35,543 nt of DNA from an uncultured virus (IMG/VR IMGVR_UViG_2841629896_000002) (taxonomy: Duplodnaviria; Heunggongvirae; Uroviricota; Caudoviricetes). Of this stretch, positions 9,545-19,767 are shown piece by piece (position 1 is the stretch's first letter; each line of letters starts with the position of its first letter). Made by a program: the position numbers and the translations under genes. The stretch is from IMG/VR virus record IMGVR_UViG_2841629896_000002; one strand, 5' to 3'. The notes beneath the pieces were generated by a model. It was not told where the DNA came from. It did no database searches and saw nothing but the letters and a program-made list of their open reading frames with translations.

Positions 9545-9576
9545 ATGGGGTGCATAACCCCATGATCTGTGGATAA
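9545..9576 (+). promoter_or_regulatory. Hairpin after int plus DnaA-box match (tgtggataa 9568-9576)
   Basis: atgggg...ccccat stem; exact reverse complement of TTATCCACA. Confidence 0.4.
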
Positions 9577-9749
9577 CTTTAGCTCTCTCCTCTCTCATTC
9601 GCTCTCAATAAGACTCATAAATTATCACATGAGAAATTATATGATAAAATATTGTTTTCTATAAATAAAATACCTTCAAAAATAAACCAAAATGTGCTTA
9701 ATAAATAGGCATGATTTGGTTCTATTTTTTATTATGAAAGGATTTTAAA

Positions 9750-9950
9750 ATGACCGAAAATGATATTCTTTTAACAGACCGTGAAAGTGCAAAATTGCTT
9801 CATATGAGTGTCTCAACATTCCGCCGTCATGTCACCAATGGCTCTCTCCCAAAACCTTTAAAATTTGGTTTTTTATCCCGTTGGTTACAATCGGATCTCT
9901 TGAATGTAATCGAGCAAGCGAAACAGCAACGTCAAAGTGACGCGGCATAA
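9750..9950 (+). CDS. AlpA-family regulator / excisionase
   Basis: 66 aa; MSVSTFRRHV..GSLPKPLKFG..SRW. Confidence 0.88.
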   Translation: MTENDILLTDRESAKLLHMSVSTFRRHVTNGSLPKPLKFGFLSRWLQSDLLNVIEQAKQQRQSDAA

Positions 9951-9956
9951 AAAAAA

Positions 9957-9985
9957 CCTTGTCACGTAAGGACGGACAAGGCTTT
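9957..9985 (+). terminator. Hairpin after AlpA
   Basis: ccttgtc...gacaagg followed by cttt. Confidence 0.4.
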
Positions 9986-10048
9986 CTCAAACTCATCACC
10001 TCAGAGATAGCACAATCCGTCCTGTGACGCAACGTTATAGGATTTAAA

Positions 10049-10252
10049 ATGATGTGTTCTTTTAAGAATGCGCGGGGTATTACACGCGCTGTGCCGAGGG
10101 TTTGGCATGGGCGTTATGGAAGCCAACCAATCAAAAAGACTTTAGCTAATTTTACCTTTGCTACGCGTGCTTATAGCCAAGCCTTTGAGGTCCTTATGAG
10201 GCAAGCCCCGCATAACGCATATTTTAACGATCTCCTCTATTTTCTAAGGTAA
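10049..10252 (+). pseudogene. Short ORF, possibly an internally deleted primase remnant
   Basis: RBS agga; sits between AlpA and YfjI where satellites encode primase. No Zn-finger or Toprim motif remains. Confidence 0.3.
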
Positions 10253-10257
10253 ATAAC

Positions 10258-11832
10258 ATGAGACAAGATAACAAAAATATTTTAGAGAATAATACGCCTT
10301 TAAATGATAATACTTGTTTAGAAGCCATTCCTTATAAACAAGCATTGCAACAAAACGGTTGGGGGGAAATAAAGCCTATCACGGCGGCTCTCTTACCCGT
10401 CGAGCCTTTTGACCCATTACAACTCCCAATGCCATTTATGGATTATGTTTATGACGTTTCAGAGCGTCAACAAGCCCCTATGGATTTTATTGCTGTCTCT
10501 GCTCTCTGTGCCTTGGCTGCTGTCATTGGCAATGGCGTGCGGGTTGCCCCAAAACAATATGATGATTGGATTGTGGTGCCTAATCTCTGGGGGGCTCTTA
10601 TTGGTCAATCATCAACATTCAAAACACCAGCCATGAAAGCCGCTTTAACTCCTATCACTTGCCTTCAAAAGAAATGGTATAAAGACTGGTTAAAACAGAA
10701 AGAAAAACAACAAATTGAAGAGAGGTTTGAAACTTTAGACAAACGAGAAAAGGAAAGACAAGCCAATAAAGCAATAAAAAAAGGAGATCTTGAAACAGCC
10801 CGTGCTCTTTTGTCTGAAACCCTCTCTAAAGACAATGTGCATGATGATGATGTCTCTCGTTTTATTGTCAATGATGTGACCGTTGAAAAGCTTGGGGAAC
10901 TCTTAAAAGAAAACCCCCGTGGTCTCTTGATGGTGCGTGATGAACTGGCTGGTTTTTTAGCTAATCTAGAAAGAAAGGAATATCAAACAGACCGTTCCTT
11001 TTATTTAACAGCTTTTAATGGAGATGATCAATTTACCTATGACCGTATAGAGCGTGGAACCATTTTTATCCCTTATGTCACTTTATCCATAATTGGAGGC
11101 ATTCAACCTTCACGCCTTATTCCCCTCATTCAAGCCATACAGCGTGGAATAAACGATGATGGTCTTATGCAACGCTTTCAAATGATTGTCTGGCCCGATG
11201 ACAATAAAGAATGGCAAGTGATTGATAGACCGCCCAATCAAGAGGGCTGGCAAAAGTATGAAGGGGTATTTCGTTCTTTTCGTGATAAACGCTTAGGGTC
11301 TCCAGAAAAGCCGCTGATCATGCGTTTTTCTCCTAAAGCACAAGTGCAATTTTATGAATGGTTGGAACATCTTCATAAAGAGGCAAAAGGAGGTAGTCAC
11401 TCAGAAAGTTTACAATCGCATCTTTTAAAAATGCCTAAGACCATAGCAAGCCTTGCGTTGATTTTTGAACTTCTTGATGGTGGTCGTTTTGAAATTGGAC
11501 CCTATGCCATCACAACAGCCTTGCGTTGGACAAGTTATCTATTAAGTCATGCCAAACGTCTTTATGCGGCGGGGGATAATTTAGCAACAGAGGGGGCAAA
11601 ATTGATTGTCGAGCGTTGTGATCATTTACCCGATGTTTTTACAGCAAGAGATATCTATAGACGCTGTTGGCATTCTTTAAAAGACAAAGAAGTCGTTAAA
11701 CAAGCTATAGAGCTTTTATGCCGTTGTAACTATATTCGTGAATTTCCTATAGAGGGCAATGAATTAGGTCGGCGTCCAGATAGACGTTATGAATGGCACC
11801 CTTTCGTCAAAAACAACAGCATCAAACAATAA
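10258..11832 (+). CDS. YfjI / DUF3987 family replication-associated P-loop protein
   Basis: PNLWGALIGQSSTFKTPA, DVTVEKL, RDELAG, GGIQP, DDGLMQRF; C-terminal GRRP winged-helix-like tail. Confidence 0.88.
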   Translation: MRQDNKNILENNTPLNDNTCLEAIPYKQALQQNGWGEIKPITAALLPVEPFDPLQLPMPFMDYVYDVSERQQAPMDFIAVSALCALAAVIGNGVRVAPKQYDDWIVVPNLWGALIGQSSTFKTPAMKAALTPITCLQKKWYKDWLKQKEKQQIEERFETLDKREKERQANKAIKKGDLETARALLSETLSKDNVHDDDVSRFIVNDVTVEKLGELLKENPRGLLMVRDELAGFLANLERKEYQTDRSFYLTAFNGDDQFTYDRIERGTIFIPYVTLSIIGGIQPSRLIPLIQAIQRGINDDGLMQRFQMIVWPDDNKEWQVIDRPPNQEGWQKYEGVFRSFRDKRLGSPEKPLIMRFSPKAQVQFYEWLEHLHKEAKGGSHSESLQSHLLKMPKTIASLALIFELLDGGRFEIGPYAITTALRWTSYLLSHAKRLYAAGDNLATEGAKLIVERCDHLPDVFTARDIYRRCWHSLKDKEVVKQAIELLCRCNYIREFPIEGNELGRRPDRRYEWHPFVKNNSIKQ

Positions 11833-11944
11833 AGAAATCTTCTTTAAAAACTTTCTACTCAAAGAGACAAAACTCTTTTTAATGGCATTCTTATCAAGGA
11901 ATTTTTCTCCAAAGATAATGATCTAAGTAACTTTATAGGAAGAG

Positions 11945-12150
11945 TTTTGTCATTTTTGTCAGTTCTGTCAGTCCTTTTTAGACCCTATAATTATTTTTTC
12001 AAATGAGTGAAAATTAAAAACATTATTTTTCAATATGTTAGTATTTTTAAGATACAACTTATATCAATGATACAACCTTAAATACAATCAATAATATATA
12101 TTTGTCAGTTATCTGTCAGTAAATTGAACTGACAAAAGTGATTATTTTAT
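11945..12150 (+). repeat. Iteron-like block (tgtcag/ctgaca repeats), left arm of ~200-bp inverted repeat
   Basis: Reverse complement matches 17965-18178, e.g. tgtcagttatctgtcagtaaattgaac. Confidence 0.85.
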
Positions 12151-12439
12151 GCCTTATAAAACCTATCAAAATACTCATTCCGATATCTTAAAGCACATAG
12201 TGCATTTGTCTTGATTAATCCGTGAAACGAATAGCAAATTTTACTACTTTGCTGATCTTACGCTGTGTCATAGGCTGTGGATAAATAGCCTTTAAAAATC
12301 CCTTTTGAAAAAAATTATCCGTTTTTTCGCATTTTTCTGCATTTTTTCTCAATTCGTTCAAAATAGATTTAATAAGCTTCATTTTGATTCTTTTGAAAAG
12401 AATTAACCCTCTCATACCAAAACGGAGCTCTGTTATAAT

Positions 12440-15400
12440 ATGCTGCAATCTCTTAAGTCTGATCATGAACATGTCACGCTACGCTCTCTGTTGGAATATT
12501 ATCGTCAACAAGCAAAATCACCCCGTGAATTGGGAACGCTGTTTGAAAACCTTGTAAAGGTTTATTTAGCTGAAGACCCGTTGCAAAAGCAAGAATACGA
12601 AAAGGTTCAAACTTATTTGGAATGGGCTAAGGAACATGATGAAGATGGGCGTGATATTGGTATTGATTTGGTCGCTACAATCCGTGATCAAGGAGGATAT
12701 GCGGCTATTCAATGTAAATGCTATGATGCTTCTCACATCATTAAAAAAGAAGATATTGATAGCTTTATCGCTGCCTCAGGCAAAAAGATTTTTACGCGTC
12801 GTATTCTCGTTGATAGCACCGAAAGCAATTGGAGTGATAATGCTAACAACACTTGTGATGGTCAAGAAGTTCGTATTCAACAGATTAATCTGTTTGATTT
12901 AGAAAACAGTCAAATCGATTGGGGCGCTTATAAAGAACGAGGACAAGCCGTCCTTAAAGAGCAACCGAAAAAAAAGCTTTTAGATCATCAGATAGAAGCG
13001 CTTGAAAGAGTTTGTGAAGGTTTAAAAGAAGCAGACCGTGGCAAGCTTATTATGGCATGTGGTACGGGTAAAACATTCACCAGTCTTAAGATAGCAGAAA
13101 CCATAGCAGGAAAAGGCAAGCGTGTGTTGTTTTTAGTGCCCTCCCTTGCTTTGATGTCACAAACAATCCGTGAATGGACCCTTGATACAGAAATCCCCTT
13201 GCGTTCCTTTGCGGTGTGTTCGGATACACAAGTAGGCAAACGTCGTAAAAGTAAACAGGATGATGAATCGGGTCTTGATGCATCAGATCTTGTCTTGCCG
13301 GCGACCACGGATTCACAAGAGCTTGCGCGTAAAGCCAATAAGACCTCTCTTGATGTGATGACTGTGGTCTTTTCAACTTATCATTCCATTCAAGTGATTT
13401 CGGATGCACAAAAGGAATATGATTTACCCGAATTTGATCTGATCATTTGTGATGAAGCACACCGTACGACTGGGGTTGTATTGGGAACAGACAAGCATGA
13501 ATCTGAATTTATCAAGGTTCATGATAACAGCATCATACGGGGTAAAAAACGTCTGTATATGACTGCAACGCCTAAGATCTTTGCTGATAGTGCCAAAAAA
13601 CAAGCCCATGAGATGAATGGTATTCTGGCGTCTATGGATGATGAAGCGCTTTATGGAAAAGAGCTTTACACTTACACATTCTCAAAAGCCGTTAAGAATG
13701 AACTCTTAGTTCCTTATAAAATTATTATCTTAGGCGTTAATGAAGAGGAAGTCTGTGAATCCATTCAACATCTGATGACCGATGAGAATTATGAACTTAT
13801 CCTTGATGATAAAACCAAGATCATAGGCTGTTATCAAGCCCTTGCTAAAATAGATCTGAAGGTTGATTTGAGTGATGACCCTAACCCTATGCGTCGGGCT
13901 TTGGCTTTTTGTAAAGATATCAAGACTTCTGAACGTATCCGTGACACATTCAATTCTCAAGAAATACAGAAAGAATTATATAATCTTCATAAGCTCTATA
14001 AAGAGACGCCGCCTCTTCAGTGTACCTTTGCTCATATTGATGGAACGCAAAGTGCCAAGAAGCGCAATGAAGCCCTTGATTGGTTAAAGGAAGATGCGGG
14101 GGAAAATACTTGTCGTGTGCTGACCAATGTAAGATGTCTTTCTGAGGGTGTTGATGTTCCTGCTCTTGATGCGATCATGTTTTTACACCCGCGCAAAAGC
14201 CAAGTGGATGTGATACAGGCGGTGGGGCGTATCATGCGCCGTGCCAAAGGCAAGAAAAGAGGCTATATCATTTTACCCGTTGGGGTGCCGGCTGGGATTT
14301 CTGCTGAAGAAGCTTTAAAATACAACAAGAGATACAGTGTTGTCTGGCAAGTGATCAATGCTTTGCTTGCTCATGATGAGAATTTCGAAATCACCCTTAA
14401 CCAGATGATTTTAGGGCAAGACGTTAGTGATGTTTTGGAGATTAGCGCCTTAAAGAGCATGACAGCGGTTGAGGATAAAATCTATGTTTATGAGAAACCA
14501 GAAAGCGCGGGGCTTGAGATTGGAAAAGCAGCCTATGAACCACAAAAATACATTCATAGTGTTACAGGAAGATTACCCTTTTATAAAGAGTTTCCCAATG
14601 CCCTTAAAACCCTTTTGGCTAAGAAATTTACCCTTGCCGATTACTGGGGCATATGGGCTGGCAATGTTGCTGAAATTGCACAAAACCATATCACCCATCT
14701 TCAAAACCTGCTTGCTGATGAAAACAGTGAAGCCTTTCACGCCTTTGATGCATTTCATAAAGAACTAAAAAACAACTTAAACAGTGAAATAAAACAAGAG
14801 GAAGCGCTTGAGATGTTAGGACAACATCTTGTCACGCGTCCCGTGTTTGAAGCCTTGTTTGAGGGCAATGAATTTGTGCAAAACAATGCCATTTCGCAAG
14901 CCATGGAAAAGATTTTAGCTGAGTTGGATAAAACCAATATCAAGCAAGTATCAAAAGAGTTACAAGAGTTTTATGACAGTGTGAAATTCCGTGCCTCTGG
15001 GATTACCTCCCCCCAAGCAAGACAAAACCTTATTATCAAGCTTTATGAAGATTTTTTTACCAAGGCATTTAAGAAAACCACCGATAGGCTTGGGATTGTT
15101 TATACCCCCGTTGAGGTTGTTGATTTTATCATTCATTCTGTTGATGATGTGTTGCGTAAAGAGTTTGGCAAAAGCTTGGGGTCACGGGGTGTCTCCATTC
15201 TCGACCCTTTCACGGGAACGGGTACCTTTATCACAAGGCTTTTACAATCAGATCTCATCAAACCAGAGGATATGGAATATAAATTCCGTCATGATATCCA
15301 TGCCAATGAGATTGTCTTACTTGCCTATTACATAGCAGCGATTAACATTGAATCGACGTATCATAGTCTGATGAAAGGAGATTATATTCCCTTTAAGCAT

Positions 15401-17347
15401 ATTGGTTTGGCTGATACATTCCGGATGCTTGAAGAAAAGAACCTGCTACAGGAATTATTCAAAGAAAACAGTGAATATTTAGAGCATCAAAAGAAACTGG
15501 ATATCCAAGTTATCTTTGGTAACCCTCCTTATTCGGTAGGTCAAAAAAGCGCTAATGACAATGCAAAAAACACTCCCTATCCCATATTAGATGACCGTAT
15601 CCGTGAAACTTATGCTACTTATTCAACAACAAGTTTATTACAAGCACTTTATGATAGTTATATTCGTGCCATTCGTTGGGCTAGTGACCGTATTAATAAT
15701 GCTGGCGTAATTGGCTTTGTTACAAACGCGGGTTTTATTGATGGAAGTTCTATGGATGGTTTACGCAAGTGCCTCGTTGAGGAATTTAGCAGCCTTTATA
15801 TTTTCCATTTACGGGGCAATCAACGAACGTCTGGAGAACTTTCGCGAAAAGAAGGCGGCAAGATTTTTGGTTCTGGCTCTCGTGCCCCTATAGCGATTTC
15901 TATTTTGGTTAAAAATCCAAATGCACAACCACGTGGTAAGATATATTTTCGGGATATTGGAGATTATCTCAATAGAAAAGAAAAGCTTACGATAATTGAA
16001 AAATTTAGGAGTATTGATGGCATTACACGAAGTAAAAAAGGTTGGCAAATAATTACACCAGATAAACATGGAGATTGGATAAAACAAAGAGAAGCCGATT
16101 TTAATCGGTTTATACCCATGGGTATTAAAAATAACTCGATAGATGCTGCGCTATTTAGGGAAGTGTCACGTGGTGTGAATTCTGCTCGAGATGCTTGGGT
16201 TTATAACTTTTCAAGTAATGCATTAAATTTATCTATTCAAAAAACAATTGAATTTTTTAATATACAAAAACGTCTTATTGCTGAGAATCCATCTGTACCT
16301 ATAAGGAAGATTATTGATTATGATGCTACCAAAATTAGTTGGGCAAATGCTCTTATCTCTAAATTAAAGCAAGGAAGCAACGCAACTTTTGACGTTCATT
16401 TAAAGGTTCCAGTTCTTTATCGCCCGTTTATGATAACATGGCATTATGCATCACCATTACTAAATGAAGCGCTAGGGAAAACTCATCAATTTTTTAATCA
16501 GGATATCCCCCATAACCTTGGAATTTGCATTTCGGGAGAAGGAAGTCAAAAAGCTTTTTCTTGTCTCATGACAAATAAGCCTATTAGTTTTGACACATTA
16601 GAAAAATCAAGATGCTATCCGTTTATGCTCTATTGTGAAGAAAAAAAACATCATGACCATAGCTTATTTATGACAAATGAAAAAAAGAAAATTCGTGATG
16701 GCATTACAGATGCGGGATTAGCACGTTTTAAAGTTGCTTATCCTAATGAAACTATAACAAAAGAAGATATCTTTTATTATGTTTACGGTCTACTTCATTC
16801 AGAAGATTATCGCGCCCGTTATGCACATAATTTATGCAAAGAATTGCCTCGTATTCCTTGTGTTAAAAGTGCTAGTGATTTTTGGAAATTTGTAACAGCA
16901 GGACGTGAATTGGGTCATTTGCATGTGAATTATGAAGATGTAGAACCTTATCCAGTAACCTTTAAAAAGGGTAATCCAAAACAGACAGAGATCTCTAATC
17001 CCGAAAAATTCTATTATGTGACCGAAATGAAATTCGCAAAAGCAGGTAAAGAGAAAGATAAAACCACTGTTATTTATAATAGCAATATCACAATAACAGA
17101 TATCCCTCTTGAAGCTTATAAGTATATCGTCAATGGTAAACCCGCTCTTGAATGGGTTATGGGACGTCAATGTGTAAAGACGGATCAAAAGAGTGGCATT
17201 GTGAATGATGCCAATCGCTATGCTGTTGAAACCGTTGGCAACCCCGCCTACCCTCTAGAGTTATTTCAAAGGGTTATTACCGTAAGTTTAGAAACAATGA
17301 AAATCGTAAAAAACTTACCAAAATTAGAAATAAGAGAAACTGAATAA
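12440..17347 (+). CDS. Type ISP restriction-modification enzyme (LlaGI/LlaBIII-like)
   Basis: Mrr-like GIDL...IQCK, SF2 helicase (MACGTGKT, DEAH, TAT, QAVGRIMR), adenine MTase (DPFTGTG, GNPPY), TRD and ISP-type C-terminus in one 1635-aa chain. Confidence 0.93.
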   Translation: MLQSLKSDHEHVTLRSLLEYYRQQAKSPRELGTLFENLVKVYLAEDPLQKQEYEKVQTYLEWAKEHDEDGRDIGIDLVATIRDQGGYAAIQCKCYDASHIIKKEDIDSFIAASGKKIFTRRILVDSTESNWSDNANNTCDGQEVRIQQINLFDLENSQIDWGAYKERGQAVLKEQPKKKLLDHQIEALERVCEGLKEADRGKLIMACGTGKTFTSLKIAETIAGKGKRVLFLVPSLALMSQTIREWTLDTEIPLRSFAVCSDTQVGKRRKSKQDDESGLDASDLVLPATTDSQELARKANKTSLDVMTVVFSTYHSIQVISDAQKEYDLPEFDLIICDEAHRTTGVVLGTDKHESEFIKVHDNSIIRGKKRLYMTATPKIFADSAKKQAHEMNGILASMDDEALYGKELYTYTFSKAVKNELLVPYKIIILGVNEEEVCESIQHLMTDENYELILDDKTKIIGCYQALAKIDLKVDLSDDPNPMRRALAFCKDIKTSERIRDTFNSQEIQKELYNLHKLYKETPPLQCTFAHIDGTQSAKKRNEALDWLKEDAGENTCRVLTNVRCLSEGVDVPALDAIMFLHPRKSQVDVIQAVGRIMRRAKGKKRGYIILPVGVPAGISAEEALKYNKRYSVVWQVINALLAHDENFEITLNQMILGQDVSDVLEISALKSMTAVEDKIYVYEKPESAGLEIGKAAYEPQKYIHSVTGRLPFYKEFPNALKTLLAKKFTLADYWGIWAGNVAEIAQNHITHLQNLLADENSEAFHAFDAFHKELKNNLNSEIKQEEALEMLGQHLVTRPVFEALFEGNEFVQNNAISQAMEKILAELDKTNIKQVSKELQEFYDSVKFRASGITSPQARQNLIIKLYEDFFTKAFKKTTDRLGIVYTPVEVVDFIIHSVDDVLRKEFGKSLGSRGVSILDPFTGTGTFITRLLQSDLIKPEDMEYKFRHDIHANEIVLLAYYIAAINIESTYHSLMKGDYIPFKHIGLADTFRMLEEKNLLQELFKENSEYLEHQKKLDIQVIFGNPPYSVGQKSANDNAKNTPYPILDDRIRETYATYSTTSLLQALYDSYIRAIRWASDRINNAGVIGFVTNAGFIDGSSMDGLRKCLVEEFSSLYIFHLRGNQRTSGELSRKEGGKIFGSGSRAPIAISILVKNPNAQPRGKIYFRDIGDYLNRKEKLTIIEKFRSIDGITRSKKGWQIITPDKHGDWIKQREADFNRFIPMGIKNNSIDAALFREVSRGVNSARDAWVYNFSSNALNLSIQKTIEFFNIQKRLIAENPSVPIRKIIDYDATKISWANALISKLKQGSNATFDVHLKVPVLYRPFMITWHYASPLLNEALGKTHQFFNQDIPHNLGICISGEGSQKAFSCLMTNKPISFDTLEKSRCYPFMLYCEEKKHHDHSLFMTNEKKKIRDGITDAGLARFKVAYPNETITKEDIFYYVYGLLHSEDYRARYAHNLCKELPRIPCVKSASDFWKFVTAGRELGHLHVNYEDVEPYPVTFKKGNPKQTEISNPEKFYYVTEMKFAKAGKEKDKTTVIYNSNITITDIPLEAYKYIVNGKPALEWVMGRQCVKTDQKSGIVNDANRYAVETVGNPAYPLELFQRVITVSLETMKIVKNLPKLEIRETE

Positions 17348-17387
17348 CTTATAAAGCATGCTCACATAATGGGTATTATAAACGCAT

Positions 17388-17426
17388 AAGGGGTATAGGG
17401 TCTTATAACAGTCTATACCCCCTTTA
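17388..17426 (+). terminator. Hairpin after Type ISP gene
   Basis: ggggtatag...ctatacccc followed by ttt. Confidence 0.5.
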
Positions 17427-17964
17427 TACATTGCTTACATACAATCTTTAAAAGGATAATTTATCATGCGTTATTCTAAAAAGAAATCATTTGCACTTTT
17501 AGATACTCTACTTTGGATTGCTTTAAGACTTTTAAGAAATCCACTCTTAAAGTGAATTAGATTTTTTTACATTGCCTTTAAGAGGTTATACCGTAATCTA
17601 AAATGAGTGCTTTATTGTTTTCAAAAGCTTTGTTTAAAGAGAGTTATATATATTCATTTTCTTATATTACTTATAGGTTTTGTAGGTTCTTACCCCCCCC
17701 CCAAAACCCCTACAAAACCCCTTTTTATATATATCATAGATTGTATTCACAGATTGTATTTAATATAGGTTGTTTCTTTAAAACATTAACATATTGAAAT
17801 ATAATGATTTTTATTTCTAATTAAAAAATAAAATAATACGTACAAAAGCACCCCCAAAACTCATAACCTAATGATCTTGATAGCATTTCTTATGAGTTAC
17901 AAGCTATCTTTTGAAGGTTTTAAAAGGTCATACGCTTTTCATAAGACACGTTTTAATGACTTAC

Positions 17965-18178
17965 TAAAATAATCCAATTTGTCGGTTCAATTTACTGACA
18001 GATAACTGACAAGTTTTAATCAATTCACATCATGGGTTATCTTTAAAGATTGTATTTTTGATATGGGTTGTGTTTTAAAGACATTAACATATTGAAATAT
18101 AATGTTTTTAATTTTTACTCATTTAAAAAAAATAATAGAGGGTCTAAAAAGAACTGACACAACTGACAACACTGACAC
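17965..18178 (-). repeat. Iteron-like block, right arm of inverted repeat
   Basis: actgaca repeated at both ends of an AT-rich spacer; inverse of 11945-12150. Confidence 0.85.
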
Positions 18179-18694
18179 GGTCTATTAAAAAGTATTTTTC
18201 TGATCTCTATAATTATCAGTTTCTCTTTAAATGTTTTCATAACAGTCTATAAATCGTAATTATCCTATTTATCGTTTCTCTTATGAAAATGAAAAATGAT
18301 GCGGTGGCTATAAAGAACATAACAGTTATAAAGAATGCGTAAAAACAGCAAGGTTTTATAATCATAATGCAAATGAAAGGGTTGGTTATAAGAGCGCGGT
18401 GCCTATTAAGATAGTGCAAATGATAAATGCGTTATAAACAAAATTCACAAAAAAATTAAAATTCATTTAGTAAAAAAATTTATAGGTTATAAAGATAAAA
18501 ATACGCATTATGAGAGCGTTTCTAAATATTATAAATGTATAGATTCAAAAAACAACGCAATCGTTTGATAAAGCCTATAATATAGCTTTAAATGCATATA
18601 AATATAAAAGAAGCACTTCATAAGCATAGGATATTATCAATACACAACGTATCTAAAAAAATACAAAAAAATATCAAAAAAGATATAATATTAA

Positions 18695-18723
18695 TTGACA
18701 ATAAATACGTATTTTGTTATATA
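18695..18723 (+). promoter_or_regulatory. Sigma70-type promoter for c4-like leader / LbH array with palindromic operator
   Basis: ttgaca-17 bp-tatata; palindrome aaatacgtattt (18703-18714) in the spacer. Confidence 0.6.
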
Positions 18724-18837
18724 AATACTCAAGTGATTAAAAACCACGAAGCAAACAGCGGATAGGTTACGAAACAGCCTCTCCCATTCTTTAAAATACT
18801 GACTTTCTTTTATGCTATCATTGGCATATAACGATTT

Positions 18838-18922
18838 TGTCGGGTGTGCTTATACCATACAATACCCTTTCGAGGGAAAAGTATAAGCAACGGACTGTTT
18901 GCCGTGTTTTTAGCACCCGATG
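18838..18922 (+). ncRNA. c4/CI-like antisense RNA, copy 2 (satellite-borne)
   Basis: Stem gtcgggtg...cacccgat. ctgtttgc and gtgtttttag are complementary to 18738-18758 and 18941-18960. Confidence 0.65.
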
Positions 18923-18969
18923 CCTTTATGGGCTGTCAATTAAAAACATTATTCAAACAGGATTTAAAT

Positions 18970-19767
18970 ATGACAAATATTTCAAAAATTACCCCCGTTA
19001 ATAAGAAAAAAACATCTAAAAAATACGAATTTACAGATGAAACGCGTGTATTTGGTAATCATACTCTTTATCGCATTAAAGCATTAAAAGACTTTGCTGA
19101 TGTTAAAGCGGGGGATCTAGGCGGCTTTATTAAAGATGAGAGTGATCTGTCTCATGATGGCAATTGCTGGGTTTATGATGATGCTATGGTTATCCAAGCA
19201 AGCGTTTCCGAAAATGCCAAAATACGCAATAATGCCTGTGTTTTGAATTATGCTAGGGTTTATGGTAATGCCGTGATTAGTGATAAGGCATGGGTTTTGA
19301 GTGATAAAGCACGTGTTTATGACAATGCAATCATTAATGGCAATGCAAAAATTGGGGGCTATGTTTTTGGCAATGCCGTTGTGAGTGATAATGCCGTTAT
19401 TACAGAGGGGGCTCTTATTTACGATAACGCCCGTGTTTATGAAAATGCTCATGTGAGTGGGCTTGTGTTTAATGATGCCCATGTCTACGGTAAATCACGC
19501 CTTGCTACGTGGTCAAAAGCTTATGGGAATGCTCATGTTTTTGATAAGGCTATAGTTTATGGCGGTAGCAATATTTATGATAATGCCAAGGTTTCTGGCT
19601 CGGCGCGTGTTGGTCCCTTTGCAAACATTCATGATAATGCGCATGTTTATGGCAAGGCACAAATTTGCCAATTTACAACGATTTATGGCAATGCGGTGCT
19701 TAATGAAAATAAGAAATTTTCTGAAGATGTCTGTAGTGCTGATCAGGCTATAAATAACGCTGCGTAA
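18970..19767 (+). CDS. Hexapeptide-repeat (LbH) protein 1 of array 2
   Basis: Conserved head plus hexapeptides; ATG 18970 after RBS agga. Confidence 0.85.
   Translation: MTNISKITPVNKKKTSKKYEFTDETRVFGNHTLYRIKALKDFADVKAGDLGGFIKDESDLSHDGNCWVYDDAMVIQASVSENAKIRNNACVLNYARVYGNAVISDKAWVLSDKARVYDNAIINGNAKIGGYVFGNAVVSDNAVITEGALIYDNARVYENAHVSGLVFNDAHVYGKSRLATWSKAYGNAHVFDKAIVYGGSNIYDNAKVSGSARVGPFANIHDNAHVYGKAQICQFTTIYGNAVLNENKKFSEDVCSADQAINNAA

Noticed and set aside
12215..12472. 85-aa minus-strand ORF upstream of Type ISP
   Set aside because: Overlaps the ISP start, no recognisable motif, AT-rich intergenic composition.
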